Assembly: GCF_034927565.1 (NCBI RefSeq)
Contig: NZ_JAYFPT010000012.1
Coordinates: 9,933 to 73,932, forward strand
Length of the DNA stretch: 64,000 bases
Direction: 5' to 3'
From: Propionicimonas sp.
Lineage (GTDB): Bacteria > Actinomycetota > Actinomycetes > Propionibacteriales > Propionibacteriaceae
Numbering within the stretch: position 1 is the stretch's first letter; every line of letters begins with the position of its first letter. The translations under genes and the position numbers were made by a program. The notes under the pieces were generated by a model. That model did no database searches, was not told where the DNA came from, and worked only from the letters and a program-made list of their open reading frames with translations. This document shows positions 1 through 10,196 of the stretch, piece after piece.

Positions 1-2
1 GC

Positions 3-788
3 TCAGCTCCCGGGGATCCGGGACCTCACAACCCGGCTGGCGACCCGCTCGCACCAGCAGACCCCAGCGCGCTGGGCTCTGCCGGTGCGCCCCACCGCGA
101 TGCCGTCCACCGTCATCCCAGCCTGCCGACCACGGACGTCCTGATGGCGCCCTTCGACCTCACCGTCTGGTTCGGCGAACGGGTGGCCGTGCTCGGCTCG
201 AACGGCTCCGGCAAGTCGCACTTCCTGCGGTTGCTGGCCGCCGGCGGCTCCCGTCCGGACGCTGAGCACGAGCCGGTCGGTGATGTCGCGGCCGAGCCGG
301 TGGTCCACACCGGGCTCGCCAAGCTGGGCAGCCGAGTCCGTCCGGGCTGGTTCGCCCAGACCCACCAGCACCCGCAGCTGGCCGGACGAACCCTGCTGGA
401 GATCCTGCACCGCGGCGATGCCCACCGTCCCGGGATGGGACGGGAGGAAGCCTCCCGCGCGCTGGACCGCTACGGCCTGGTGTACGCCGCCGAGCAGACC
501 TACGACACCCTGTCGGGTGGCCAGCAGGCGAGACTGCAGATCCTGCTGCTGGAACTCTCCGGCGCCACCCTGCTGCTCCTGGACGAGCCGACCGACAACC
601 TCGACCTGCATTCCGCCGAAGCCCTGGAAGAGGCCATCGCCGGCTTCGAGGGGACGGTGATCGCCGTCACCCACGACCGCTGGTTCGCCCGCTGGTTCGA
701 CCGCTTCCTGGTCTTCGGCACCGACGGCCGGGTCACCGAACACGACGAGCCGGTCTGGGACGAGCCCCGGGTCCGCAGCAGCCGGTAG
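3..788 (+). CDS. ABC-F family ATP-binding protein, C-terminal part (5' end outside window)
   Basis: Walker A GSNGSGKS, signature LSGGQ, Walker B LLLLDEPT, H-loop VTHDR; frame stays open to the window start. Confidence 0.85.
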   Translation, partial: SAPGDPGPHNPAGDPLAPADPSALGSAGAPHRDAVHRHPSLPTTDVLMAPFDLTVWFGERVAVLGSNGSGKSHFLRLLAAGGSRPDAEHEPVGDVAAEPVVHTGLAKLGSRVRPGWFAQTHQHPQLAGRTLLEILHRGDAHRPGMGREEASRALDRYGLVYAAEQTYDTLSGGQQARLQILLLELSGATLLLLDEPTDNLDLHSAEALEEAIAGFEGTVIAVTHDRWFARWFDRFLVFGTDGRVTEHDEPVWDEPRVRSSR

Positions 789-794
789 GTAGCC

Positions 795-824
795 CGGCGG
801 CGACCGGTGCTGCCGTCGCCGCCG
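795..824. terminator. Hairpin between convergent genes
   Basis: Perfect 10-bp inverted repeat cggcggcgac/gtcgccgccg with a 10-nt loop. Confidence 0.6.
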
Positions 825-2318
825 CTACGAGCTGACCTTGCAGACCGTCTCCAGGTCGTCGGCCTGAGTCGAGCTGCTGGACTTGCTGGGCTTCGGCTTG
901 GGAGAACTGGACGCGCTGGAACTGCTGCTCGGACTGGCGGACTCCGACGGCGCCGGCGAGGCCTTCTCGGGGTTGTCCTTGGCCTCCGAGGCAGCGATCT
1001 TGTCGGCGACGATCTCGCGGATCTTCGGGAAATCGGGCTTCACCGGCTTGATCAGCGGCGGGGTGAAGTTCACCGACGACATCGGCAGCGAGCGTCCCTT
1101 CAGTGCCAGATCGAGCGCGGTGCCCAGCTGCTCACTGGGGATGTTGCTGGCGATCACCTTCTCGCTGGCTGCGGCGAGGTCGTTGAACTTGGTCAGCACG
1201 GTGCTCGGGTTAAGTTGCTTCACCATCGCGTTGATCACGCACTTCTGCCGGGACATGCGCTCGTAGTCGCTCGAGCCCTCCCGTGACCGGGCGAACCAGA
1301 GCGCGTGGAAACCGTCCAGCAGGACGTTCTTGCCGGGCTCGATGTAGCCGTAGACGCCCTTCGGGCCGCTCTTTGAGCCAATCGGAATCCGTTTGTTGAT
1401 GTCGAGCCGGATGCCGCCGACGGCGTCGATCAGCTTCTCGAAGCCCTTCAGGTCGATCATCGCCCAGTAGTTGATGTCGAGGCCGAGGGTCTCCCCCACC
1501 GCGTCGGCGGTGGCCTCGGCGCCGGGGTACTTCACGCCCGGGAAGAGATCCTTGTGGGTGACCGCCAGCGTGTAGATGCCGTTCAGCAGGCAGGCGTCGG
1601 ACGGGTTCTTGAACTTGCACCAGTAGCCGTCCGGGTAGAGCTTGTGCAGCGGGTTGTCCTTCGGGAAGGGCGCCCACTGCAGGTTGCGCGGCAGGCTGAA
1701 CAGCACGGTGCGGCCGGTCTCGGCGTCGATGCTGGCCACGATCATGGTGTCCGGACGCATCCCCCAGCGGTCGGCCCCGGCGTCACCGCCCATCAGCAGG
1801 ATGTTGTACCGGCCGTGCTCGGCTTCGGCCTGGCCGCCACCGACAAAGACATTGGCGATCAGCGACGCCTGCGCCCCGAACATGCCCGACCCCGCCCACG
1901 CGACCGTGCCGGTACAGGCAGCCAACAGGAAGGCGAGCACCCCGGAGAGCACCCGGCCGCGCGGTGCCATTCCGCGCGGGTTCGCGATCAGCCAGGCGTC
2001 CAGCATCAGCAGCGCCCAGCCGATGCCCAGGACCAGGACCGCCACCTGCAGCACCCGCAATGTGATCGGATTGGCGTACAGGCCGATCAGGAAGTTGCGG
2101 TTCACCAGCAGGACGACCAGGGCCACCAGCAGCAGCGCGATCAGGGCCAGCCAGATCCGCAGAGCGATCCTGCCGAGCCGTCTGTTACCGGCCACCAGCT
2201 GTGCCGAGCCCGGGATCACCAGCGTCATCAGCACCAGCACGACGCCACGGCGAAGCGCGATCCCCTGGCTGCGCGCCTGCGGCCCGGGCAGGGTGGCAGT
2301 GCTCGAAGTTGTCGCCAT
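825..2318 (-). CDS. LCP (LytR-CpsA-Psr) family glycopolymer transferase
   Basis: N-terminal TM helices; ILLMGGD...RPDTMIVASID, SLPRN, FARSR, D..RM.RQ motifs; ATG at 2318 with GGAGAG upstream. Confidence 0.9.
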   Translation of the reverse strand: MATTSSTATLPGPQARSQGIALRRGVVLVLMTLVIPGSAQLVAGNRRLGRIALRIWLALIALLLVALVVLLVNRNFLIGLYANPITLRVLQVAVLVLGIGWALLMLDAWLIANPRGMAPRGRVLSGVLAFLLAACTGTVAWAGSGMFGAQASLIANVFVGGGQAEAEHGRYNILLMGGDAGADRWGMRPDTMIVASIDAETGRTVLFSLPRNLQWAPFPKDNPLHKLYPDGYWCKFKNPSDACLLNGIYTLAVTHKDLFPGVKYPGAEATADAVGETLGLDINYWAMIDLKGFEKLIDAVGGIRLDINKRIPIGSKSGPKGVYGYIEPGKNVLLDGFHALWFARSREGSSDYERMSRQKCVINAMVKQLNPSTVLTKFNDLAAASEKVIASNIPSEQLGTALDLALKGRSLPMSSVNFTPPLIKPVKPDFPKIREIVADKIAASEAKDNPEKASPAPSESASPSSSSSASSSPKPKPSKSSSSTQADDLETVCKVSS

Positions 2319-2560
2319 CAGGTCTGTCTCTCCGGGGAAGGTGGTCGGACGCTCCCCAGTATGACCACCCGCGCCAATCCGGCCCGGGTGACGCGCCGAG
2401 ACGCAGCCACGCGCCGCCTGTACTGTGACTGAACTTCCGTCCTCGGACACTGACTCACAGCTCCGCTGGCCGGGCACCAGCACCGCCACAAGCTGTGATC
2501 GAGGCCCCGACATCGGACCGGAGGCCACAGCCTGGCGCCCAGGTCGGCGTCAGAAGGTGC

Positions 2561-3082
2561 CTAACCGGCCGAGGAGCTCTCCGGATGGCCGGTGGCGGCG
2601 CGGACCCGCTCACCCTTGGCAGCAGCGACCGCCCGTAACTCTGCCTGGAAGGCTGCCATCCGCTGCCGCAGGACGGGATCGGAGGCCGCCAGGATGCGGA
2701 CCGCGAGCAGCCCGGCGTTGCGGGCATTCCCGATCGCCACCGTGGCCACCGGCACCCCGGCGGGCATCTGGACGATCGAGAGCAGCGAGTCCAGCCCGTC
2801 CAGCTGCTTCAGCGGCACCGGGACGCCGATCACCGGCAGCGGGGTCACCGCCGCGAGCATGCCGGGCAGGTGCGCGGCACCGCCGGCACCGGCGATGATC
2901 GCCCTCAGCCCACGCTCGGCGGCCGCCCGGCCGTAGCCGATCATCTCCTCGGGCATCCGGTGGGCGCTGACCACGTCCGCCTCGTAGGGCACATCGAACT
3001 CGGCCAGCGCCGCCGCGGCGGCCTCCATGACCGGCCAGTCCGAGTCGGAGCCCATCACAATGCCCACCAGCGGTTCAGTCAT
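2561..3082 (-). CDS. purE: N5-CAIR mutase
   Basis: [40 protein letters not shown]. Confidence 0.97.
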   Translation of the reverse strand: MTEPLVGIVMGSDSDWPVMEAAAAALAEFDVPYEADVVSAHRMPEEMIGYGRAAAERGLRAIIAGAGGAAHLPGMLAAVTPLPVIGVPVPLKQLDGLDSLLSIVQMPAGVPVATVAIGNARNAGLLAVRILAASDPVLRQRMAAFQAELRAVAAAKGERVRAATGHPESSSAG

Positions 3083-4346
3083 CCGTGGTCCCTTCGCTCT
3101 CGTCGTCTCGTCGGTTCTGGCCATCCCCGCGTCGGCGGGCATCTTCCGCCCCACCGGCACCAGCCAGGGGACTCCCGTCCTCGCGAGCATGGCCGGTCTG
3201 GGAACCAGGGCCCGCCACGCCCATGAACACCTCGGCTGCGGCGCGGGCCCGAGCCCGGGTCTGCGCCAGGTCGTCGCCCAGCGCGGTGACGTGGCCGAGC
3301 TTGCGTCCCGGTGCCCACGATTTCCCGTACAACTGCACGCGCAGCGCCGCGTCGGCGGCCAGCACCTCGGCCAGCCCGCCAGCCAGATCCTCCCGAGCCC
3401 CACCCAGGATATTGGCCATGACAGACCAGGCCACTCTGGGCTCGGGTGAACCGAGCGGCAGGTCGGCGACCGCCCGCAGGTGGTTCTCGAACTGGGAAGT
3501 CCGGGCACCGTCGATACTCCAGTGCCCGGTGTTGTGCGGGCGCATCGCCAACTCGTTGACCACCACCCGGCCGTCCCGGGCCTCCATCAGCTCCACGGCG
3601 AGGATGCCCACCACGTCCAACTCGGCAGCGATCCGCAGCGCGAACCGCTGCCAGGCTGCCACCTCGCCAGCCGGCATGCCGGGTGCCGGCGTGGTCGTGT
3701 CGGTGCAGACCCCCGCGGTCTGGACCGTCTCGCTGACCGGGTAGGCGACCGTCTCTCCACCCGGGCGGCGGGCCACCAGCACCGACAGTTCCCGGACGAA
3801 GTCGACGAACTCCTCCGCGACGATCACCACATCAGGCCCGAGATTCTGGAACGGAAGCCCTGCCTGGCCCGGATCGTCCAGCTTCCAGACCCCCTTGCCG
3901 TCGTAGCCGCCGCGGGACGTCTTGGCGATCACCGGCCAGCCGGTCCGGTCGGCGAAGGCGATCAACTCCGTCGCGCTGCCGACCACCTGGTAGGCGGGGC
4001 ACGGGATGCCCATCGCGGTCAGCCGGTCGCGCATCACCGCCTTGTCCTGGGCGTGCAGCAACGCGTCCGGCCCGGGACGGACGGCCGTCCCTCCCTCGAG
4101 GAGCGCGCGCAGGATGGGGGCCGGAACGTGCTCGTGGTCGAAGGTGATCACGTCGCAGCCCCGCGCGAAGGCCAGCACGGTCGCCAGGTCGGTGTAGTCG
4201 CCGACGGTGACATCGTGGACCACCTGGGCCGCGGAGACCTCGGGCCCCTCGGCCAACAGCCGGATCTGCAGCCCCAGTCCAATCCCGGCAGCGTGCATCA
4301 TCCGGGCGAGCTGACCGCCGCCGATGATGCCGATGGTGGGAGTCAC
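3075..4346 (-). CDS. purK: N5-CAIR synthase
   Basis: [45 protein letters not shown]; GTG start inferred. Confidence 0.95.
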   Translation of the reverse strand: MTPTIGIIGGGQLARMMHAAGIGLGLQIRLLAEGPEVSAAQVVHDVTVGDYTDLATVLAFARGCDVITFDHEHVPAPILRALLEGGTAVRPGPDALLHAQDKAVMRDRLTAMGIPCPAYQVVGSATELIAFADRTGWPVIAKTSRGGYDGKGVWKLDDPGQAGLPFQNLGPDVVIVAEEFVDFVRELSVLVARRPGGETVAYPVSETVQTAGVCTDTTTPAPGMPAGEVAAWQRFALRIAAELDVVGILAVELMEARDGRVVVNELAMRPHNTGHWSIDGARTSQFENHLRAVADLPLGSPEPRVAWSVMANILGGAREDLAGGLAEVLAADAALRVQLYGKSWAPGRKLGHVTALGDDLAQTRARARAAAEVFMGVAGPGSQTGHAREDGSPLAGAGGAEDARRRGDGQNRRDDESEGTTDD

Positions 4347-4460
4347 GGCGTCAGCGTAACGTGTGCCGGCCAGCCGCTTCGCCGCTGACCGGATCGCCGG
4401 CGGCGAGTGCCCGTCGGCCATCGGCCCCCGCCGGGCCTCGCGATGCGCGAAGATGGAGAC

Positions 4461-5177
4461 ATGACCACGCACATCCTCGCGATGGGCGGCGGCGGGTTCT
4501 CGATGTCGCCCACGGGCGCACCGACCAATCTCGACCGCTACCTGCTGGAGCTGTCGGGCAAACAGGCGCCGCTGGTGTGCTTCGCACCCACTGCCTCGGC
4601 CGACGACCCGCACTATGTCAACCGCTTCCTGCTGGCCTACGGCACCCTCGGGGTGCGCACCATGGTGCTCAGTCTCTGGCAGGGCGGCTCGGCGGCCTCG
4701 GTCGCCCGGCTGGCCGAGGTGGACGTGCTGCTCGTCGGCGGCGGCCACACCGTGAACCTGATGGCGTTGTGGGACGCCCACGGTGTCTCCGGGGCGGTGC
4801 GCGAGCGGGCAGCCCGCGGCGACGTGGTACTCGCCGGAGTGTCGGCCGGCGGCAACTGCTGGTACGAGGGCTGCATCACCGACTCCTTCGGCGACTTCCG
4901 CGCCTGGCGGGGCGGTCTGGGGCTGGTACCCGGCAGCTTCTGCCCCCACTTCGACGGTGAGCCGGGCCGTGCTCCCGCCTACACCGATGCGGTGGCCGCC
5001 GGCGACCTGCCGGGTGGCTGGGCCGCCGACGACGGCGCCGCCGTCCACTACGTCGACGGGGTGCCGGCCGCTTTCGTCGCCGAGTCCCCCCGGCAACGGG
5101 TCTACCGGGTGCTGCCCAGCGATCTCCCGACCGCCAGCGGCGTCCTGGTCGAGCCCCGGGAGATGACCGTCCTGTAG
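4461..5177 (+). CDS. Peptidase E (S51) family protein
   Basis: ILAMGGGGF, PTASAD, VGGG, GVSAG nucleophile elbow, CPHFD. Confidence 0.85.
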   Translation: MTTHILAMGGGGFSMSPTGAPTNLDRYLLELSGKQAPLVCFAPTASADDPHYVNRFLLAYGTLGVRTMVLSLWQGGSAASVARLAEVDVLLVGGGHTVNLMALWDAHGVSGAVRERAARGDVVLAGVSAGGNCWYEGCITDSFGDFRAWRGGLGLVPGSFCPHFDGEPGRAPAYTDAVAAGDLPGGWAADDGAAVHYVDGVPAAFVAESPRQRVYRVLPSDLPTASGVLVEPREMTVL

Positions 5178-5232
5178 GAACGCGCCAGCCGCCGAAGCCG
5201 GGTCGGCGGGAGCCGGATGAGCTGAAGCCCGG

Positions 5233-5646
5233 TCAGCGGAAGATCACGCTGCGCTGCACCACGAAGTTCACCGTCGTGGCAGCCCCCTGCGCGACCACGA
5301 AGCCGACGGCCTGGGCCACCAGGGTGCTGCCAGAGGTGGATTCCAGCCAGGGGAACAGCAGCGCGAACAGCCCCACCTGCAGCCCGAAGGTGGTGCCGTA
5401 CAACACGACGACGGCAGCGAACCGCTGCCGGCTGGGCGCCGCGCCGAAGGTCCAGCGCCGGTTGATCAGGTAGGCGGTGGTGGTGCCGGCGATGAAGGAG
5501 AGCGCCTTGGCGGGGGTGTGCGACAACCCGGCGGCCATCAACGCCAGGAGCAGGCCGAAGTCGACCACCGCGGAGATCCCGCCAGAGATCACGAACCGGG
5601 TCAACTGCCGCCGCAGCGGCACCCGGCTGGTGACCGCACCGGTCAT
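5233..5646 (-). CDS. GtrA family flippase-like membrane protein
   Basis: RFVISGGISAVVDF, AKALSF..G...AYLINRRWTF, NFVVQRSVIF. Confidence 0.9.
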   Translation of the reverse strand: MTGAVTSRVPLRRQLTRFVISGGISAVVDFGLLLALMAAGLSHTPAKALSFIAGTTTAYLINRRWTFGAAPSRQRFAAVVVLYGTTFGLQVGLFALLFPWLESTSGSTLVAQAVGFVVAQGAATTVNFVVQRSVIFR

Positions 5647-6161
5647 TCGTTGTGCTCCGGAGCGTCCGGGGCCTCGGAGGAGAACAGCAGTTCGGTCATC
5701 GCGACGTGCACCCGTTCGACGTCGGGGATGTCGTGGAGGGTGACCGGCTTCTCCGCAGCAGTGGTCAGCACCAGGGTGCCGCAGCCGAGGATCCGGTCGA
5801 GCAGGCTGCGCTCGTAGGCGACGTTGTTGATCCTGGTCAGCGGCAGGTCGTGGCCGGATTTGTTGATGATCCCCTGGCGCGTGATCACCCGCCGGTCGGT
5901 GAAGGTGTAGGTGGTGGTCAGCCAGCGCAGGAAGGGCAGCAGCACCCAGCTGACGAAGACCAGGGCCGCCAGGACACCGATCACCCCGCCCGCCCAGGGT
6001 TGCCAGGACGACGGCGCCACCGCCAGCGCGACACCCACCACGACCGCACCCAGGACGAGGATCAGCGCCGGCAGCACCAGCGCCTTGCCGTGAGTACGCA
6101 AATGCAGCACGACATGCTCGTCGGTACCGAGGAGCTTCTCGGGCAGTCCCATGCCCTCCAT
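5643..6161 (-). CDS. Bacterial PH-domain membrane protein
   Basis: Two TM helices followed by TYTFTDRRVITRQG...I.NV.YERSLLDRILGCGTL; start could be 6152. Confidence 0.8.
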   Translation of the reverse strand: MEGMGLPEKLLGTDEHVVLHLRTHGKALVLPALILVLGAVVVGVALAVAPSSWQPWAGGVIGVLAALVFVSWVLLPFLRWLTTTYTFTDRRVITRQGIINKSGHDLPLTRINNVAYERSLLDRILGCGTLVLTTAAEKPVTLHDIPDVERVHVAMTELLFSSEAPDAPEHNE

Positions 6162-6228
6162 GCTCCCACACCGGTCCACCGCAGTGCTGCTGCCGGTCAC
6201 CGGGTACTGCCCGGCCGACGAGGTGGGG

Positions 6229-6999
6229 CTACCGCAGGTGCCAGACGTCCCCGGCGGCGAAGCTGCGCAGCACACCCCCGGCCCGCACCAGCAACTGGCC
6301 GTCGACATCCACGCCGACGGCCTCGCCCTCAACGGCCTCGGTCTCGGAGACCACCACCCTGACGCGGCGTCCCACGGTGTCGCAGTGGGCGGTGTAGGCC
6401 TCGCGCAGGTCGTCCCCGTCAGCCCAGCGGCGATACCAGCCCGCCAACGCCCCCAACACGTCGCGGACCACCTCTGCCGTGGTGGCCGTGGCTCCGGCCA
6501 GAGCGAGCGAGGTGGCGGTCGGGACGGGAAGTTCGTTCTCGGCGAGCAGGGTGTTGATGCCCATCCCGATGACCGCCGCCGGCGGCGTGCCCTCGACCCG
6601 CTCGGCCAGGATGCCGCACACCTTTCGGCCGTCGATCAGGACGTCGTTGGGCCACTTCAGCCGGGCGTCCACCCCTGCCGCAGCACGCAATCCGTCGGCG
6701 ACCGCCAGCCCCGCGACCGGCGGCAGCCACAACCAGCGCCGCGGCGCAGCAGCGGGCGGGCGCAGCAGCACCGACAGCGCCACCGACCTGCCTGGCGGCG
6801 CTTCCCAGACCCGGCTGAACCGGCCCCGTCCCCGGCTCTGGTGATCGGCCACCAGAACACACCCGGACGGCGCGCCCGCCCGTGCACGAGTGGCCAACTC
6901 GGCGTTGGTGGAACCGATCGTCGCGGTCGTCTCGACCCGGCGCCACAGGCCGTCCCCGAGCTGTCGGGCAAGCCAGGTCGCATCAACCAGTGGATCCAC
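6229..6999 (-). CDS. birA: Biotin--acetyl-CoA-carboxylase ligase
   Basis: STN, QSRGRGRFSRVW, LKWPND, KVCGIL, AGDVWHLR. Confidence 0.93.
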   Translation of the reverse strand: MDPLVDATWLARQLGDGLWRRVETTATIGSTNAELATRARAGAPSGCVLVADHQSRGRGRFSRVWEAPPGRSVALSVLLRPPAAAPRRWLWLPPVAGLAVADGLRAAAGVDARLKWPNDVLIDGRKVCGILAERVEGTPPAAVIGMGINTLLAENELPVPTATSLALAGATATTAEVVRDVLGALAGWYRRWADGDDLREAYTAHCDTVGRRVRVVVSETEAVEGEAVGVDVDGQLLVRAGGVLRSFAAGDVWHLR

Positions 7000-7044
7000 G
7001 GCCGCACCCTACCGGCCCGGTCCCCAAGGGCCTAGGGTGCGCTC

Positions 7045-8619
7045 ATGGAGGTCGACATCCACACCACCGCCGGCAAGCTGGCCGATCTCACCCGCCGCCG
7101 TGACGAGGCGCTCAATCCCAGTTCGGCCGAGGCTGTCGAGAAGGTGCACGCCCAGGGCAAACTGACCGCCCGCGAGCGCATCCTCGCGTTGCTGGACGAA
7201 GACAGCTTCGCCGAGTTCGACCGCTTCTCCCGGCACCGCTCGACGGCCTTCGGGATGGCCGAGAAGCGGCCCTACACCGACGGTGTGATCACCGGGGTGG
7301 GTGCGATCCACGGCCGTCCGGTGTGCGTGTTCAGCCAGGACGTCACCCTGTTCGGCGGGGCGCTGGGCGAGGTCTACGGCGAGAAGATCGTCAAGATCCT
7401 CGACTTCGCAATCTCCACCGGGGTCCCGATCATCGGGATCAACGAGGGCGGCGGGGCGCGCATTCAGGAGGGCGTGGTCTCCCTCGACCTGTACTCCCAG
7501 ATCTTCCGCCGCAACACCCTGGCCTCCGGCGTGGTGCCCCAGATCTCGCTGATCATGGGGGCCGCAGCCGGCGGGCACGTCTACTCCCCCGCGCTGACCG
7601 ACTTCGTGGTGATGGTCGACCAGACCTCACAGATGTTCATCACCGGCCCCGCGGTGATCAAGACGGTGACCGGCGAGGACGTCACCATGGAGGAACTCGG
7701 CGGCGGGCGCACCCACTCCACCCGCTCAGGCACCTCCCACTACCTGGCAGCCGACGAGACCGATGCGATCGAGTACGTCCGCCAGCTGATCAGCTACCTG
7801 CCGCAGAACAACCTGGAAGACCCGCCGGTCTACGACGAGACCGAGGCCGACCTGACCTTCACCGACCACGATCGGGTGCTGGACACGATCATCCCCGACT
7901 CTCCCAACCAGCCCTACGACATGCACGAGGTGATCACCCGGGTGCTGGACGACGACGAGTTCCTCGAGGTGCACCAGCTCTACGCCCCGAACATCATCTG
8001 CGGGTTCGGCCGGGTGGAGGGCCATTCGATCGGGGTGATCGCCAACCAGCCGCTGGTCTACGCCGGTTGCCTGGACATCAAGGCGTCGGAGAAGGCTGCG
8101 CGCTTCGTCCGCACCTGCGACGCCTTCAACATCCCGATCCTCACCTTCGTCGACGTCCCCGGCTTCCTGCCCGGTACCGACCAGGAGTGGGACGGGATCA
8201 TCCGCCGCGGTGCGAAGCTGATCTACGCCTACGCCGAGGCCACCGTCCCGCTGCTGACCGTGATCACCCGCAAGGCCTACGGTGGCGCCTACTGCGTGAT
8301 GGGCTCCAAACCACTGGGGGCGGACGTGAACCTGGCCTGGCCGACCGCCCAGATCGCGGTGATGGGTGCGGAGGGGGCGGTGAACATCCTCTACCGCCGC
8401 GACCTGGCCGAGGCCGACGACCCGGACGGGGAGCGCGCCCGGCTGATCGAGGAGTACGACGACGAACTCGCCAACCCCTACATCGCTGCTGAGCGCGGCT
8501 ATGTGGACAAGGTGATCTACCCGCACGAGACCCGTGCGCAGGTGATCAAGGTGCTGCGGCTGCTGCGCACCAAGCGCCAGCAGTTGCCGCCCAAGAAGCA
8601 CGGGAACATCCCGCTGTGA
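7045..8619 (+). CDS. pccB: Acyl-CoA carboxylase carboxyltransferase (beta) subunit
   Basis: [40 protein letters not shown]. Confidence 0.92.
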   Translation: MEVDIHTTAGKLADLTRRRDEALNPSSAEAVEKVHAQGKLTARERILALLDEDSFAEFDRFSRHRSTAFGMAEKRPYTDGVITGVGAIHGRPVCVFSQDVTLFGGALGEVYGEKIVKILDFAISTGVPIIGINEGGGARIQEGVVSLDLYSQIFRRNTLASGVVPQISLIMGAAAGGHVYSPALTDFVVMVDQTSQMFITGPAVIKTVTGEDVTMEELGGGRTHSTRSGTSHYLAADETDAIEYVRQLISYLPQNNLEDPPVYDETEADLTFTDHDRVLDTIIPDSPNQPYDMHEVITRVLDDDEFLEVHQLYAPNIICGFGRVEGHSIGVIANQPLVYAGCLDIKASEKAARFVRTCDAFNIPILTFVDVPGFLPGTDQEWDGIIRRGAKLIYAYAEATVPLLTVITRKAYGGAYCVMGSKPLGADVNLAWPTAQIAVMGAEGAVNILYRRDLAEADDPDGERARLIEEYDDELANPYIAAERGYVDKVIYPHETRAQVIKVLRLLRTKRQQLPPKKHGNIPL

Positions 8620-8843
8620 ACGACGGGGGCGGACAACCGCTGTTCGAGGTGTCCGGGGGCTCGCCGACCGACGCCGAGCTCGCCGCGCTCACCGCCGTGA
8701 TCATCGCCCTGCGGCGGACCAGGCCTGCCCCTCACCAACCTACGAGCAGTACGCTGGCCGGCGGGTGGCGCAGTTACTGGCACACCGTGAGAAACCCGCT
8801 GGTTCCGGGCCACGAGGCCTGGCGCAGCAGCTTCAGGAAGTAG
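8616..8843 (+). CDS. Acyl-CoA carboxylase epsilon subunit
   Basis: [14 protein letters not shown] motif, W-rich C-terminus, GTGA overlap with the beta-subunit stop. Confidence 0.8.
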   Translation: MNDGGGQPLFEVSGGSPTDAELAALTAVIIALRRTRPAPHQPTSSTLAGGWRSYWHTVRNPLVPGHEAWRSSFRK

Positions 8844-8857
8844 AAAGGACGCCCCGC

Positions 8858-9523
8858 ATGAGCGCTACCGACGAGATCCTCTCCGGCATCGACATGTCCG
8901 ATCTTGCCAGCCGGGTCGGTGCCGACCCCGAGACCACCAGGCAGGCCGTCGAGGCCGCCATCCCGACCCTGCTGGCCAGCCTGCAGGCCAATGTCGCCGA
9001 CTCCTCAGGTGCCGAGAGCCTGTTCGGAGCTCTTTCCAACCACGCCGAGACGCCGGCCAGCCTGGACGACGTCGACACCTCCGACGGCCGCCAGATCCTC
9101 AAGCACATGTTCGCCGACGACCCCCAGCGGGTGCAGGCCCTCGCCGGCCAGAGCGGCGGCCTGCTGGCCAAGCTGCTGCCCTACCTGGCTCCGCTGGTGA
9201 TGAGCTGGCTGGCCAAGCAGGTGCTCGGCGGCAACAGCGGCGGCAATCAGCAGTCCGACGGCGGGCTGCTGGGCGGGCTGCTCGGGGGCCTCTTCGGCGG
9301 TGGCGACCAGCAGCAAGCCGCACCGGCCAGCGGCGGCGGTCTGGGGGACATCCTCGGGCAGGTGCTCGGCGGCGCCCTCGGCGGGACGCAGGCCGCGCCG
9401 AGCGGCGGCACCACCCCCGGGCAGTGGCAGATCCCGACCACCACCACGAAGCAGCAGGGCCAGCAGCAGTCCGGTGGCGACCTCCTCGGCGGTCTGCTCG
9501 GCCAGATCCTGGGTGGGCTCTGA
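8858..9523 (+). CDS. DUF937-like protein with Gly/Leu-rich repeats
   Basis: AAIPTLLASL, D..DG..IL.H.F, LLAKLLP.LAP.VM; GGLLGG repeats; GAAAGGA upstream. Confidence 0.75.
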   Translation: MSATDEILSGIDMSDLASRVGADPETTRQAVEAAIPTLLASLQANVADSSGAESLFGALSNHAETPASLDDVDTSDGRQILKHMFADDPQRVQALAGQSGGLLAKLLPYLAPLVMSWLAKQVLGGNSGGNQQSDGGLLGGLLGGLFGGGDQQQAAPASGGGLGDILGQVLGGALGGTQAAPSGGTTPGQWQIPTTTTKQQGQQQSGGDLLGGLLGQILGGL

Positions 9524-10131
9524 TCGCCCCGCAGCTCGTCCTGGCCTCGCGGTCACCGGCCCGGCTCGCCACATTGAAGGCAGCCGGGCTGGCTCCGCTG
9601 GTGGTGGTCTCCGGGGTCGACGAGGACGCGATCACCGCACCCGACACCACCACCCTGGTGGCCCGGCTGGCCAGCGCCAAGGCGGAGGCTGTGGCCGCCG
9701 GGCTCGATCTCGACGCCGAGCTGCTGATCGTCGGCTGCGATTCGCTGCTGGAGTTCGAGGGTGAAGCGCACGGCAAGCCGGCCGACGCGGCTCAGGCCCG
9801 GGAGCGCTGGCGTCGGATGCGTGGCCGCTCCGGCGTGCTGCTGACCGGCCACCATGTGATCGCGCAGCTGGCCGGCCGCCGGCAGTCCCGGACGGCGGTC
9901 GCCCGCACCATCGTCCACTTCGCCGACCTGGACGACGCCGAGATCGATGCCTATGTGGCGACCGGCGAGCCCGTCGAGGTGGCCGGCGCGTTCACCATCG
10001 ACTCCCTCGGTGGCGCCTACGTCCGCTCCATCGAGGGCGACCCGCACACCGTGGTGGGGATCTCACTGCCACTGCTGCGCGAGCTGTTCGGCGAGCTCGG
10101 CGTCCCCTGGCACAGCCTCTGGCAGGCCTGA
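9520..10131 (+). CDS. maf: Maf-like nucleoside triphosphate pyrophosphatase
   Basis: LVLASRSPAR, GVDED, GCDS, GKP, AGAF, V.GISLP; start codon uncertain (CTG). Confidence 0.9.
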   Translation: MIAPQLVLASRSPARLATLKAAGLAPLVVVSGVDEDAITAPDTTTLVARLASAKAEAVAAGLDLDAELLIVGCDSLLEFEGEAHGKPADAAQARERWRRMRGRSGVLLTGHHVIAQLAGRRQSRTAVARTIVHFADLDDAEIDAYVATGEPVEVAGAFTIDSLGGAYVRSIEGDPHTVVGISLPLLRELFGELGVPWHSLWQA

Positions 10132-10196
10132 GGAAGCGCTGACCTGGTCGGACCGAGGTGCGGGCGTCCGACCCGCCCGGTTAGCCTTGGCTCATC

